DNA of 64,000 bases from Camelus dromedarius (lineage: Eukaryota): positions 97,156,001 through 97,220,000 of the forward strand of contig NC_087436.1 of NCBI RefSeq assembly GCF_036321535.1. The letters run 5' to 3'. Shown piece after piece: positions 38,948 to 50,607 of the stretch. Numbering within the stretch: position 1 is the first letter of the stretch; each line of letters starts with the position of its first letter. Made by a program: the position numbers and the translations under genes. The notes beneath the pieces were generated by a model, which worked only from the letters and a program-made list of their open reading frames with translations, searched no databases and had not been told where the DNA came from.

Positions 38948-39033
38948 GGCAACACAGATCTTTAGGACCAAAAGATTCCAAGGTTAGGAGTCTGAAAATG
39001 GATGCCAGCATTTGGAGCAACGAACTCATTGAG
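38948..39033 (+). CDS. ARAP2: ARAP2 exon (86 nt, phase 1-0), ArfGAP incl. catalytic Arg: (G)QHRSLGPKDSKVRSLKMDASIWSNELIE
   Basis: tttttttacttcag acceptor, GAG|gtacgt donor; HRSLG..SKVRSL ArfGAP signature. Confidence 0.97.
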
Positions 39034-39790
39034 GTACGTCCAACCTGACTGGTGGTCAGCAGAGGCCCGGGAGGGGGTGTGCAGTGGGGTGATGTGGATA
39101 CTATAGGAGCTCTCTGATCAAGTTCTCACCACATTATAAAAATGGCTTATAGCCTGTTTAATAGTAGTAACTTTCTGCTTTAACAATGCTTCCTAAATGA
39201 GATAGTTATTTTAAAAATAAAAAAATAAAATAAAAGAAGCTTTCATAGTAATAACTACTTTTAAAGGCTTGGCAGCTCTTTTTAAAGCCAGAATTTACTT
39301 TCTTTTTTAAGCCAGCATGGATAAAATATCAGAAAAGTGAATGAAAACTTTTGGCAAAATCGACTGTTCTCTATCACGGCCACACTCTGTCATTAACTGC
39401 GATCATGTCTAACTTGCTGTCTCCTGCATCCATTCTCTGCTAAGATTTCGATGCCACTATCAACCACATTAGCCCACCTACTAAGTCATTTTAAATTACT
39501 CTGTCTCAATGTGAGCTAGCTTTGAAAAGTAATAATGCCTTTGCTGCAATTTGCGTTGCTTGCAATTTCTTTCCTAGCTAATCTTTTACCCATTATTAAG
39601 AGCATCTAGACTATATTTAAAATAGAAATAGTATCTGCTTTCACACTCCATCTTCCTAAAAGAGTTGGGTCTTTCTTGTCTTTTTGCATATATTCTACTA
39701 GCTACATTTTAATTTGTAATGTGAGTCAGTTTCCTGCAGATTCAAACGCATTTTATGAGCTGATGTGTTTTATAATTTTTGATAATTCAG

Positions 39791-39973
39791 CTTTTTATTG
39801 TCATTGGAAACAAAAGAGCAAATGACTTTTGGGCTGGTAATCTTCAGAAAGATGAAGAATTACACATGGACTCACCAGTAGAAAAGAGAAAAACCTTTAT
39901 CACTCAGAAGTACAAAGAAGGAAGATTCAGAAAAACATTTTTGGCATCTCTCACCAAAGAAGAATTAAATAAG
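39791..39973 (+). CDS. ARAP2: ARAP2 exon (183 nt, phase 0-0), ArfGAP C-terminal part: LFIVIGNKRANDFWAGNLQKDEELHMDSPVEKRKTFITQKYKEGRFRKTFLASLTKEELNK
   Basis: attcag acceptor, AAG|gtaacc donor; in ORF 39779..39991; GN..AN..W and FI..KY ArfGAP motifs. Confidence 0.96.
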
Positions 39974-39990
39974 GTAACCAGTGAAACATA

Positions 39991-40360
39991 ACATATGTGG
40001 AATCTGAAAAGCCAAACTTGTAGAAACAGAGAGTAGAATGATGGGTACCAGGGGCTGGGAGGTGGGAGAATTGGGGAGATATTGTTTAAGGATACAAACT
40101 TACAACTAGTAGATAAATAAGTTCTGGAGATCTAATGCACGATAGAGTGATTATAGTCAACAATACTGTATTATATACTTCAAATTGCTAAGAGACTAGA
40201 TCTGAAATGTTCTTGCCACAAAAAAGAAATGATACTTATGTAATGTGATAGAGGTGTTAGCTAAAACTACAGTGGTGTTCATATTGTAATATATAAATGT
40301 ATCAAATCAGCAGGATGAACACCTTAAACTTACACAGTGTTATATGTAAATTATACATAT
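39991..40360 (+). mobile_element. LINE-1 (L1MA-like) 3' UTR, no poly(A)
   Basis: atatgtggaatct...agagagtagaatg...ccaggggctggg...ataagttctggagatctaatg...caccttaaacttacacagtg. Confidence 0.85.
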
Positions 40361-40413
40361 GTTGTTGCAAATGGTAGGATTCCTTTCTGAAGGCTGAGTG
40401 ATACTCCATTGTA

Positions 40414-40460
<47 letters not shown>

Positions 40461-41364
40461 TATACACCACATCTTTATCTTTTCTCTCACTGATGGACTC
40501 TTAGGTTGTTTCCATGTCTTGGCTATGGTGAATAATGCTGTAATAAATATGAGAATACAGATGCCTTTTCGATATCCTGTTTTCATTTCCTTTGTACATA
40601 TACCAGAAGTGGGATTGCTGGATCGTATGATAGTTGTATTTTTATTTTTTTGTGGAACCTTTACACTGTTTTTGATAGTGGCTGAATCAATTTATATTCC
40701 CACTAACAGTTCAACAAGGGTTCCCTTTTCTCCATGTCCTTATCAGCACTTGTTAAATCTTGTCTTCTTGATGACAGCCATTCTAACAAGTGGAAACAGT
40801 ATCTTTCTGTGGTTTTTATTTGCATTTTTCTGATGATTAGTGATGTTAAACATCTTTCCATGTACCCATTGTACACTTGGATGTCTTCTTTGGAAAACAG
40901 ATATTTATTTAGTTTCTCTGCCTGTTCTTTAATTGGATTGTTTATTTGTTTTTAATTGAGTTATATGAGTGTACATATTTTGGTTGTTAGCCCTTTATTC
41001 AATGTACCATGTGCAGGGATTTTCCCTTATGCTGTAGGTTGCCTTTTCATTGTGTTTACTGTTTCGTTCTGCAGAAGCTTTTTAGTTTGATGAAGTTCCA
41101 CTTACTGATTTTTGCTTTTGTTGCTTGTGCTTCTCGTGTCATATCCAAAAAATCACTGCCAAGACTGATGTCAGAGAGCTTACCACTTACGTTTTCTTCT
41201 AAAGTTTTACGGTATCCGGTCTTATGTTTAAGTCTTTAATACATTTCCAGTTAATTTCTGCGATTGGTGTAAGAGGGCACCAGTTTCATTTTCTGCACTT
41301 ACTTACTCAGTTTCCCAACATCATTTGTTGAAGAGCCTGTCCTTTCCCCATTGAGTGTTCTTGG
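40361..41364 (-). mobile_element. LINE-1 ORF2 C-terminal fragment, decayed, containing (CA)21 at 40415-40456
   Basis: ORF 40302..40586(-) reads FITALFTIAKTWKQPKSPS, the L1 ORF2p C-terminal motif; DNA matches antisense L1. Confidence 0.9.
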
Positions 41365-42749
41365 TGAATAGACATTTATTGCATACTTACTAAGTGCTGA
41401 ATTCATTTTAGGTGCTAAGGATATACTTGCAGTAAAAAGTAGATGTCCTTCTTTTATTCATTAGAGTGATCTCTTGTGTAGGGGAGACTGACCATAAACA
41501 GCTAAGTGCCAATAAATATAGCAAGTGCGGCATGCTGTGAAGAAAAACAATAGAGTAATGAGAGAGAAAATACCAGGAAACACATATGATTAGATTGTGA
41601 GGGCAGTCAAAGGCTATCACAATGGATGGATGTTAGCTGTTACATTTTCCAACATCCTCATTTTGCAGATGTGGAAAAAATAAGATCCAGGGAGAAGGGA
41701 TGGCCCAAGATCACCTAGCAAATTAGCACAAAGTCAGGTACAAGAATTCAGGCTTATTCATTCTAATGTGAAGGAAATGCTAGAGGTCATCTTGACCATG
41801 GAGAAAAGATAAGTACTTTTTTAAATAGTATCCCCTCCAGGCTAGAGCTGTGATTGTGTCCTGGGACTTCTTGGTTGTACACTGCTCTGAGCTGCCCTTT
41901 GGGATCATCAGTGAGTGATTGTCCAGAGGTTGTATTACAGAGAGCAAATTAGCTAGTGATCACTCCAAGTGCACCATGTCAGGAAGGAGGTAAAAGGTGA
42001 ACCCAAGGCTAAGAATTCAGATGGAATCAGGGTATGAAATCGGAGTTTAGAAGCAAGTGGGAAGCCAATAAAGTGAGGAAGCAGGAGGACGGGATGGGAA
42101 GAGATGAAAAGGTATGTTATTATTTCAAGACAAAACAAACAAACAAATCAGGTACAAGGAGTGTCACTGTTGGTACAGCTCTGCTGTGTAACGTGTCAGG
42201 CATGTTCTAGTGTGTCTCGCTTGCTGTTTCTCCCCTACCCATACCCTCTCCCAAAAGGAAAGATCCTGAATTTATAATCATTTTTCAAGCCCCAAATAAC
42301 AGCAATAATTTAAAGATTCCTCTGAAGCTGATAAGGCTGGAAAATAGATACAGACATACATGCATATACCATTCATATGGCAAAACAAAACATAGAGTGG
42401 GTATTTCGTTACTACATCTGAAATATTTTGAATTTTCTGAGCATCAGGCATTATCATAGTATGCGAGCACCAGAATCCCTTCCATGGCAAATAAGATGGA
42501 TTTGAAGATTGGGAACATCACAGCAGCAAAACAACAAATTGAGCCTTGGAGATCCTGGGTTGTAATTTAAATTCATACACAGTAGGCCTTCTGTGTCTGT
42601 TGCTTTAATTCAGAGCATAATTAGTATTAGATTTCTTTGTTCAAAAGGAATACAAACATCTCATAAATGGATTGGCAGACTCTCACTCATTTTAGTAGCT
42701 AGGATCGTATTTTCTTCCTTTAAAAGTTGCATTTTCTGTTGATGGCCAG

Positions 42750-42924
42750 GCTCTGTGTGCTGCTGTGGTCAAACCAGATGTTCTGGAAACAATGGCTTTG
42801 CTGTTCAGTGGAGCAGATGTCATGTGTGCAACAGGTGACCCTGAGTACAGCACTCCCTATCTGCTGGCCAAGAAGGCGGGGCAGAGTCTGCAGATGGAAT
42901 TTCTCTATCATAACAAATTCTCAG
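42750..42924 (+). CDS. ARAP2: ARAP2 exon (175 nt, phase 0-1), ankyrin-like region: ALCAAVVKPDVLETMALLFSGADVMCATGDPEYSTPYLLAKKAGQSLQMEFLYHNKFS
   Basis: ggccag acceptor, G|gtgagt donor; overlaps ORF 42765..42962. Confidence 0.95.
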
Positions 42925-43394
42925 GTGAGTCCCTATTCCTTTGCCTTCCTGGTCTTTCCTGATACATCCCTAAAAGGACTGAAGCATAAATCTGTTTATT
43001 TCTTAAATCACAAAAATCATCAGAGTGAAAAAATAGTATGATTACCAAAAAGATGGAAGATGCTTAAGACCTATGTTTTGTCTCCTTTCAAGGAAGACTT
43101 TAGGAAATAAATCTTTTATGTGTCTTTGATCTTATAAATGGAAGATGAAAATAGTTAATCCCATGTAATCACTTTCTCTGAAATTAAATCCAGTTTTCAC
43201 ATAGGAGCAGTAAACACAACTGAAGTGCCTATTTGCAAGTTTTATGCGAAGTAAAATAAATACTTCTGTATATTTAATGCATGGTATACTTGACGTAGTT
43301 TTTCTTCAACCTCAACTCACCTGCATATTCATAAGCAAAGGGGAAATTGTTCACATTTTTGATTTCAGATGTATTGTTTTTGTCCTTTTTCTAG

Positions 43395-43529
43395 ATTTCC
43401 CTCAACATGACATTCATTCCGAAGGTGGATTAAATCAGGAATCCTCCCAGTCCACGTTCCTCTGTGACTTTTTATATCAGGCCCCTGCTGCTGCTTCTAA
43501 ACTCTCTTCAGAGAAAAAACTGCTTGAAG
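43395..43529 (+). CDS. ARAP2: ARAP2 exon (135 nt, phase 1-1), linker / start of PH3: (D)FPQHDIHSEGGLNQESSQSTFLCDFLYQAPAAASKLSSEKKLLE
   Basis: cctttttctag acceptor, G|gtatcc donor; in ORF 43244..43609. Confidence 0.94.
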
Positions 43530-44952
43530 GTATCCTTTCCGCTCCTTTGAGATTTTGTTATCTGATGAAACTTTATTTCATTATCAAAACAATTAGGGTT
43601 AAATGTTGATTTTTTTTTCCCTTAAGATGTTAGATTTAATCTTGCAGTAGAGAAATTTTTTTTGAGGATTATAAATACTCCCAGGCATAGATAGGATTTC
43701 GTGGACTGCAGCAAAGATTTACCACCTGGCTGGAATGCTCAGTGAGTTCTCAGCAGAATTCATTGACATCTACCTTAGGGCCAACCAATTCTCTTTCAGG
43801 ATTTAAGGGTTATTCCAAAGAAATGTGAAACCCAGCCGCTTTCCTTTGGGGACAGACACTTTAACTGGGGAGACAGTACAGAAAAATGTCAACACATAGG
43901 AAGAACTGGCAGGTTTTCAGTACGTGTTCTGTCAGCGTACTAAGTGGTATTGAGTGGTTCAGTTTGTTTTGGTGATAGGGGTGTGTTTCTGTGTAAGGAA
44001 AATAAACCTGATGTATGGTGTCAAAAAATGATGGGAATTCACTTGATTTAATGACCTGTTCTAGGTTTACGGCAGTAATCTGAGCAGAGTCCTCGTAGGC
44101 GTTTATCCCTCTGTCTGTCTAGCTCCTTGTGTCAGACACGTGCCAGGCATTAGGAATGCAAAAATGAGTAAGACACGGGCCTCATGCTTGTGACACATAC
44201 ATTTGAACTAATTTTAGAAACACAGGCAGAGAATAATGAGATCTGTCTTCCCAGAACAAAGAGTTTAAGAGAGATTGAGCTGTTGATGACCAATTGGTGG
44301 TGGGTGCTCAGAGGCTCAGGGGCCTGGTGTTAATTCCCTAGGTGGTATAGTCCAGCTACCTTACTCGATTAAAGGATGAAAATCTCACGTTAGAGTCTTA
44401 ATCCTGGTCCTTGTGCATTTGAAGTGATTATTTCAGTTGAAGACTTTATTTCCCCCAAAATTATATCCCTAAGCAGAATTATACTGGGATTAACTATACT
44501 TTATTAGATTTTCATATAACCTGTAGCTGTCCTTTAATGAGCATGTACTATGTGTAAGGCATTGCTTTAGGTATTTTATGTTTATTAATTGTAATCCTCA
44601 TAAAAGCTCTGTGAGGTAGTTAGTATTTTGCTTATTTCATGTGAACACCTGGGAGGAAGGTGGCATGAAGCGGAGTTTTACATCTGATTTGTGTGATAAT
44701 GATTATTGCAAAACTTTGGCTTTAGTCATAGTGTGATGTCCTGGTCCAGTGACACTAGATGGCAGAGCACTTTTATTCTTTGAGTTTAGATGTTTTTGGT
44801 TCTTTCGGCAAATGGTTTTTAATGTCTTCCTTTACTCAGTCTCACCAATATTAAGTGATGAATTTTACAGAGATTTTCTTATCTTCCGTTGCGCCTTAAC
44901 AGTATTTAACCCTTAAGCAGTCAAAATTTGAGGGTTCATGAGGAAAAAAATA

Positions 44953-45029
44953 GGGGAGAGGGATACAGCTCAGTGGTAGAGTGTGTACAAGGTCCTGGGT
45001 TCAGAACCCAGTACCTTCACTTAAAAAAA
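44953..45029 (+). mobile_element. tRNA-derived SINE, camelid Vic-1-like, internally deleted
   Basis: ggggagagggatacagctcagtggtagag (A box)...ggtcctgggttcag (B box)...cccagtacc + A tail. Confidence 0.75.
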
Positions 45030-45689
45030 GGGGGGGGGGAATAATAGAATGATCTGTGAATTGACTATAGCAGTTATTAAAATAATTAGATAATAAGGAA
45101 AGTAATGTACTTGTTAGTAAGTTTTCTGAAATGTACAAGTTTTCTAGACTGTTTCTTCTAAATTGTGGAGTAGCTTAGACCCACCCTTCAAACCACTTAT
45201 ACAAAGATGAAATAAGAAATTTGAAATAAAAGCTTTTCTTCTTCAAGCTTCTTAATGTATCATAAGTACTCTGCAGGCTAAAATAAGCTTTTATTTACTT
45301 TTTTGGCAATTCTGTTTATATTTATAGACTTAACCAGTTTGCTTTAATATTTCCTTAAATAGATTGTTTTTCTTAATCACCTGAGGACTGAGTTAATGTT
45401 TTAAACTTGTAACTAAATCATTCTTTCCTTTTTATCTTCTATAAATTGACTATGGATTGTTTTCATTGTTGTTAAAATTTATTTCAAAAAACAGAAACTA
45501 GTGCATTCTCTGTATATCTAATTTAACCAGGGATGTTTTCTCATTTTGGAACATTCTGTTTTAAGTAAGATGAAATTGAACTTTTGTACTTTGGCTGTGC
45601 AGTGCACAGAAATGGTTTAATTGGAAAATTATCTCCTGGCAAGGTATTATTGGATGGCAGAAATGAAGACCATCAAAGGTGTCAACAAG

Positions 45690-46425
45690 GGCTGTCATTT
45701 CAAACTCAAAATAGACCACGAATCCATTCGTTACTCTCCATCTTCACTAATGTCTTCCCAGCCCCGCCGCCATCATGTCCTGCCTGGGCCATAATACCCC
45801 CCTTATTGGCCTTTGTTTTCCATAGCTTCTCTTCATAACGTTCTCCCAACTGCAGACTTAATGATTGTTGAAAATGTAAATCAGATCATTTATTTCCATC
45901 CCTCAAGTACAGTAGCTTCCCATTACAGAATTGAACCCGTTTCTTATTATGACCTAAAAGGCCTTCCTGTACCTTCCCCCTTCGATCTCATATCCTTCCT
46001 TCCTGTGCCACATGCCTGGCTGTGCTCCTTCCTGTCTGGCCCTGCAATAGGCCACGTTCTTTTCTGCCTCTTTGGGACCTTTGCAACTGCCATTTACTCT
46101 GCCAGGAGGGCCCTTTCCCAAGTCAGACTGCACCTCAACTCCCAGGGATCAGTTCATTGCCAGCTAGACTGAGAGGCCTCCTCAGAGACCCACTGAAGCA
46201 CGCACCCACTGCCAGAGCTCCTCTTTCGTAGTATCCTGTTTATTTCCATCACAGCACTTACCCCATAAAGATGATCCCTCCTTCATTGACTGATTTCTCT
46301 CTCCCTCTGGTGGGAAAGCTCAATGAGGCATCAGCATTTTCTGGTTTATTTAGGGTTATCAAATCTTTTGTGCCTCAAACAGTAGCCACACATGGTAGTC
46401 ATGCGATAAATATTTGTTGAATAAA
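45690..46425 (+). mobile_element. LINE-2 3' fragment
   Basis: atgtaaatcagatcat...cttcccattac...gggacctttgcaactgcc...ataaatatttgttgaataaatg. Confidence 0.75.
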
Positions 46426-47499
46426 TGGACATTTCTCTAATCACATTACCACCAGTGTAAAAGCACAGCTGGCTTGTTAATATTTTGTTTTGGACCTGCA
46501 TATAAAAATATATAATTGGTGACATCAAACACATTTTGTTCAGAAAGAGCTTATTTTAAAATGAAGAAGAGAAAGTTGAACTACTAAGAAACAAAGTTCT
46601 GGGGGGGTTTTCTGTTGTTGTTCTTTTTTTTTTTTTTCCTTTTCTCTGTCAAGATTCTACAGTGGTGGCACTCCTGTTGAGCACAGGAAAAATTGAATTA
46701 TTTGGAAAGATTTAGAGATGAAAGTGTGGTTGTCACCTTTGCCTCTGAACAGCAAGCATCTGGATTGCATCACTCCATTAGTGCTTGTCAGGACAGCCAC
46801 AGAGCAGAATGATTAAAAACAAAGGAAAAAGTCAGGGAATAAACTGCATTCAAGTCCTTCAGAGAGTTACAGAGGCTTCAAATTGTCAGTTCAGGTTTTC
46901 AGGATTTGAAGTTCTTCTAGCCTCCGGTTATGAAGACTGATCTGTATTTTTCCTTTTCTTCTCAATTTAGTGTTCATGAAAGGAGAGATTGATACTTGTT
47001 AAACCTCCGTGGAGAGCTGAATACTAGCATCCCAATTTTGGTTTCTGTTTTTCCCCTCAACTGGATTTTTTTTCCCCTTGGTATCTTACCTTGATTTCTT
47101 GACACAGTGTTCGATTTTTAAAAAGAAAGTGGTTGATATGGTTTACTAGAAACTCTGTATTAGCTGTTTATTTAATTTTATAGATGAGCGCTGAGGAATT
47201 TTGAAGATCTTTTTGTTCTATCAATGCCTGGCTTGTATAGTTTAAAAATATTTCTCCTGGGCTAAAACACATTTATTTTAAGTGAAAAGGATTTCTAGCA
47301 TGTATGCTTATTTTCTGTGGATGCTCAACACCATCATCTCAGGAAATTCATCAGGAATCAGCTTCATGGTTTCAAAAAAAACAGTTTCACCTCCATTCAC
47401 TCACATTTATCGTGCACATATGTATCAGAAGGTAGGCCCTCTGCTGCACCCTGATACATTTGAAAAATGGACATAGATGCTTCAAGCCTATACCAGGTG

Positions 47500-47750
47500 C
47501 AGAGAGGCAGTTTGTGGAGTAGATGAGAGGGTAGCTTCCCTCACTGAGTCCCTGGGGTTTTACCCCCTGCTCTGGTGCTAAGTATGTGTGCAATCTTGGG
47601 AAAGTCAATCAACCAGTTTGTGCCTGTGGGCAGAGTATAAGGAAAGGGGTATTTAGTAATTGAACTGACCTAATAGGGTTGTTTTGAGGATTCAGTGAGT
47701 TAATGTGCATGAAATGTGTGGAAGACTACATGGCGCACATGGAGGGTGAT
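47500..47750 (+). mobile_element. MIR SINE
   Basis: aatcttgggaaagtcaatcaacc...atagggttgttttgaggattcagtgagttaatg. Confidence 0.7.
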
Positions 47751-49819
47751 AAGTGGAGGAGGAAGAAGAGGAGGAGGTGGAGGAGAGGAGGAATGACAGC
47801 AGAGGGGCTCTCCATCTATCTATACAGCTGCTTCCAGTTTCCGGTTAGCCTTTGACTGCAGGTACATCCTACAGGTGGTAGCTGACAACCCTGGTACCCA
47901 ACTACATACAGTACCCATATCACTTCATAGCAATATTTCAGTGGGTCACCCCTGGAGTTCTGTACCTGGGCTTGAGTAGATTCCAGGAATATTTTTCTTC
48001 CCTGACCTAAATGTCAAGATTAAACAGAAAGAATGAACAGCTCCTGCAGACAACCACCATACACACAACCTCTTATCGGTTAAACAGCTTGTGTCCTGAG
48101 AGTTGTCTATTCTGTGGCCCCAGTTTTGTTCTTGTGGACATCTTCTGGTAACTGATTAACAGTCAGATTTCTGTAGTAGAAAGGATGTCCTGTCTGATTT
48201 TGCCTCAGCAGACCATGCCATCCAACATGGTTTTCTTAAATTGCTTCCCAAATGAATAGAAATGTCAAGCTTTCCCATCACAGCTTTGTGATTATGCATC
48301 CTCAGAGGTAATGTCTGTGCCTGCCTTGTCTGCCCTCTGGCCTGTTTTCACTTACAAAAGATGAAGCTGGTGAAGGGTTAGAGTGAGGATGCTACAGGAT
48401 TAAATCTCAAGCCCATATTTCTAACTTACGAAGAGTTCATACTCACCTTTTTAAAGAGAACTGTCATTTGTTTCCCATTAGAATTTACATAATTAGATTC
48501 TGCATTTATATTTTTTTATACATCATGCATTTGACACTTGATGTTTCCGACCTTCCAGTGGCTCCCACTTGTCTGCTGAGAAAGGCACAAACTCCTGAAT
48601 ACCTGTCATGTGGGACTCCTGGGGCCTGGCCTCCACCGTGAGGCTGCAGTCTCCTTTCCCGTGTCCTGACTTCATGTGTCGTCTCTTTCTTTGGCCAGAT
48701 GGGTGTTTGGCATTTCCTCTTTCTATGACTTTCCTCACACAGTTCTTTCTCAGAATTGTGGAATGATTGTAGCTCAGAAGGCATTTTTTGGCTACTTTAG
48801 AAACGTGCCTTTTCAGTCATAAATGACTATTTCAAAAGCTCTGTTTTTCTGTGAAGGTTTTTTTCTTACCACTCCAGTTTGAGGGCAGCTTCCCTCCAAG
48901 AAGGGGGTCTAACCCATGAAAGGGACCAGCTGACGACGATGATTCTGAGAGGGACAGGACTCTCAGTAAAGCAGGCAGCTACCTCCTTGTTAGGAAGACC
49001 AACTGGTATTTCCCACCCTTATTTTATTAGATCTTTTTCTGCATTTAATATTGGTAATGATTCTTTTCTGAGACGCCCGACTCCTTTTCTGTTCTGTACA
49101 CTCTCTTCTCATTTGCTTCAGTGCTTTTGTGGGCCCTTCTAGGTCCTTTGTTCCTTACAGTTTTAAGTTCCCTAAGATGTCAGCCTTGGTTACTGTGTAT
49201 TTACAGCTACTCCCTGTATCCTAAAGGCTTTCTGGTTATTGAGACCTTTCCTTGCCCCCAGGATGCAAACCCATAGGGTGATCTACCTAATAGGAGTTCC
49301 TGGTTGGATTTCTAGGAGATAGCTCTCATTTGGTGTATCTCAAAGGAAACGCAGAATATGTGCACTAAAACTGTTTCTACTTTATTTTCTTTTAGATAAA
49401 AGTAGACATTATTGCCCACTTTGTAATCAAAGCTCAGAATGATATACAACCATTAATAAGCTCTCCCTTTCTCCCTGCATCCCATTAGTACATATCTGAT
49501 TCCTTTAAAACACACGCATGCCTGTGTGTATTTCCCTCTCTCCTTCCCCGCCCCGCTCCTGTCTCTGTCTCTGTTGTCTCCCATCCCTTCCTGTCGTCAG
49601 GCCCCCTCCTCTCCAACCCGTTATCCTTAGAACTCTCCTGCTTTTGGTGGTTTTATCTTTCCTTTACAAGTCTTTTGATAGTGTCCGAACAGGTTTCCTG
49701 CCTCTGGCCTCACCTTCTCAAATACAATTTTTCACAGTAATTGGAGTGTGTAAAATTTAAATCAGTTATATTTGTCTACCGAAACCATTTCAGTGCCTCA
49801 CCGTCTGCTACAAAATCAA

Positions 49820-50013
49820 AGCTCAGCAAACTTTTCCGAAAAAGGCCAGATAGTAAATATTTCAAGCTTTATGGGCCAGATGGTCTCTGCCGCAAGTCAT
49901 CTCTTCCCTTGTAGTAGGAAAGCAGCCCCAGACAGTCCGTAAATGGGCAAATGAGGCTGTGTTTCAATAAAACTTTATTTACAGAAACAGGTGTTGATCG
50001 GGATTTAGCCTGC
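49820..50013 (+). mobile_element. MER58A-like hAT-Charlie MITE (within L2-like sequence)
   Basis: cagcaaacttttcc...aaaggccagatagtaaatattt...ggctgtgtttcaataaaactttatttacagaaacagg. Confidence 0.8.
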
Positions 50014-50462
50014 ATTCCCACAAGATGAATTTTAAATCCCCTCAACAAGGGCACTAAGGGCACTGTGGAGTTGAACCCCGTCTTCCTTTGGGCACTTACC
50101 TAACATTACCCCAAAATCTTACTTTTTACCCTACATTTCTTCCTCCTAGTACTCTGCACAGACACCGATCTTTGCTGCTTCAGTTGCTTTGCAGTTGTCT
50201 CTTTATGGATCTACCTTTTCTCTGGTCATCAGTGTCATAGTTATTTTTGTCTTACACGCCCAGGCTACTAGACTGTAAGTTTTTTGCGGACAGAGAGCAT
50301 GAGAACTTGTTATCCCAAGCGGCAGTAGCATACTCTTTACAAAAAATAGGAAAATAAACACATTTACTTATTTGAATCTAGTCATTATTTAAAAGCACAT
50401 TTTTAAAAAAATTAAATGTATGGCATAGCTCAATTTATTATTTTTTTGTTTTAAATTCCTAG

Positions 50463-50607
50463 AGATAAATAAAAAGTGGTGTGTTTTAGAAGGAGGCTTC
50501 TTGAGTTACTATGAAAATGATAAATCTACCACACCCAATGGCACCATTAATATCAATGAAGTTATCTGCCTTGCTGTACACAAAGAAGACTTCTGTTTGA
50601 ATACTGG
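50463..50607 (+). CDS. ARAP2: ARAP2 exon (145 nt, phase 1-2), PH3: (E)INKKWCVLEGGFLSYYENDKSTTPNGTININEVICLAVHKEDFCLNT(G)
   Basis: aattcctag acceptor, GG|gtaggt donor; PH beta-strand motif KWCVL..LSYY. Confidence 0.95.

Noticed and set aside
43244..43609. 121-aa single-exon protein
   Set aside because: Only the central part is the ARAP2 exon; the flanks are intronic read-through
44953..45020. tRNA gene
   Set aside because: A/B boxes are present but there is no complete cloverleaf or anticodon arm, and an A-rich tail follows; this is a SINE
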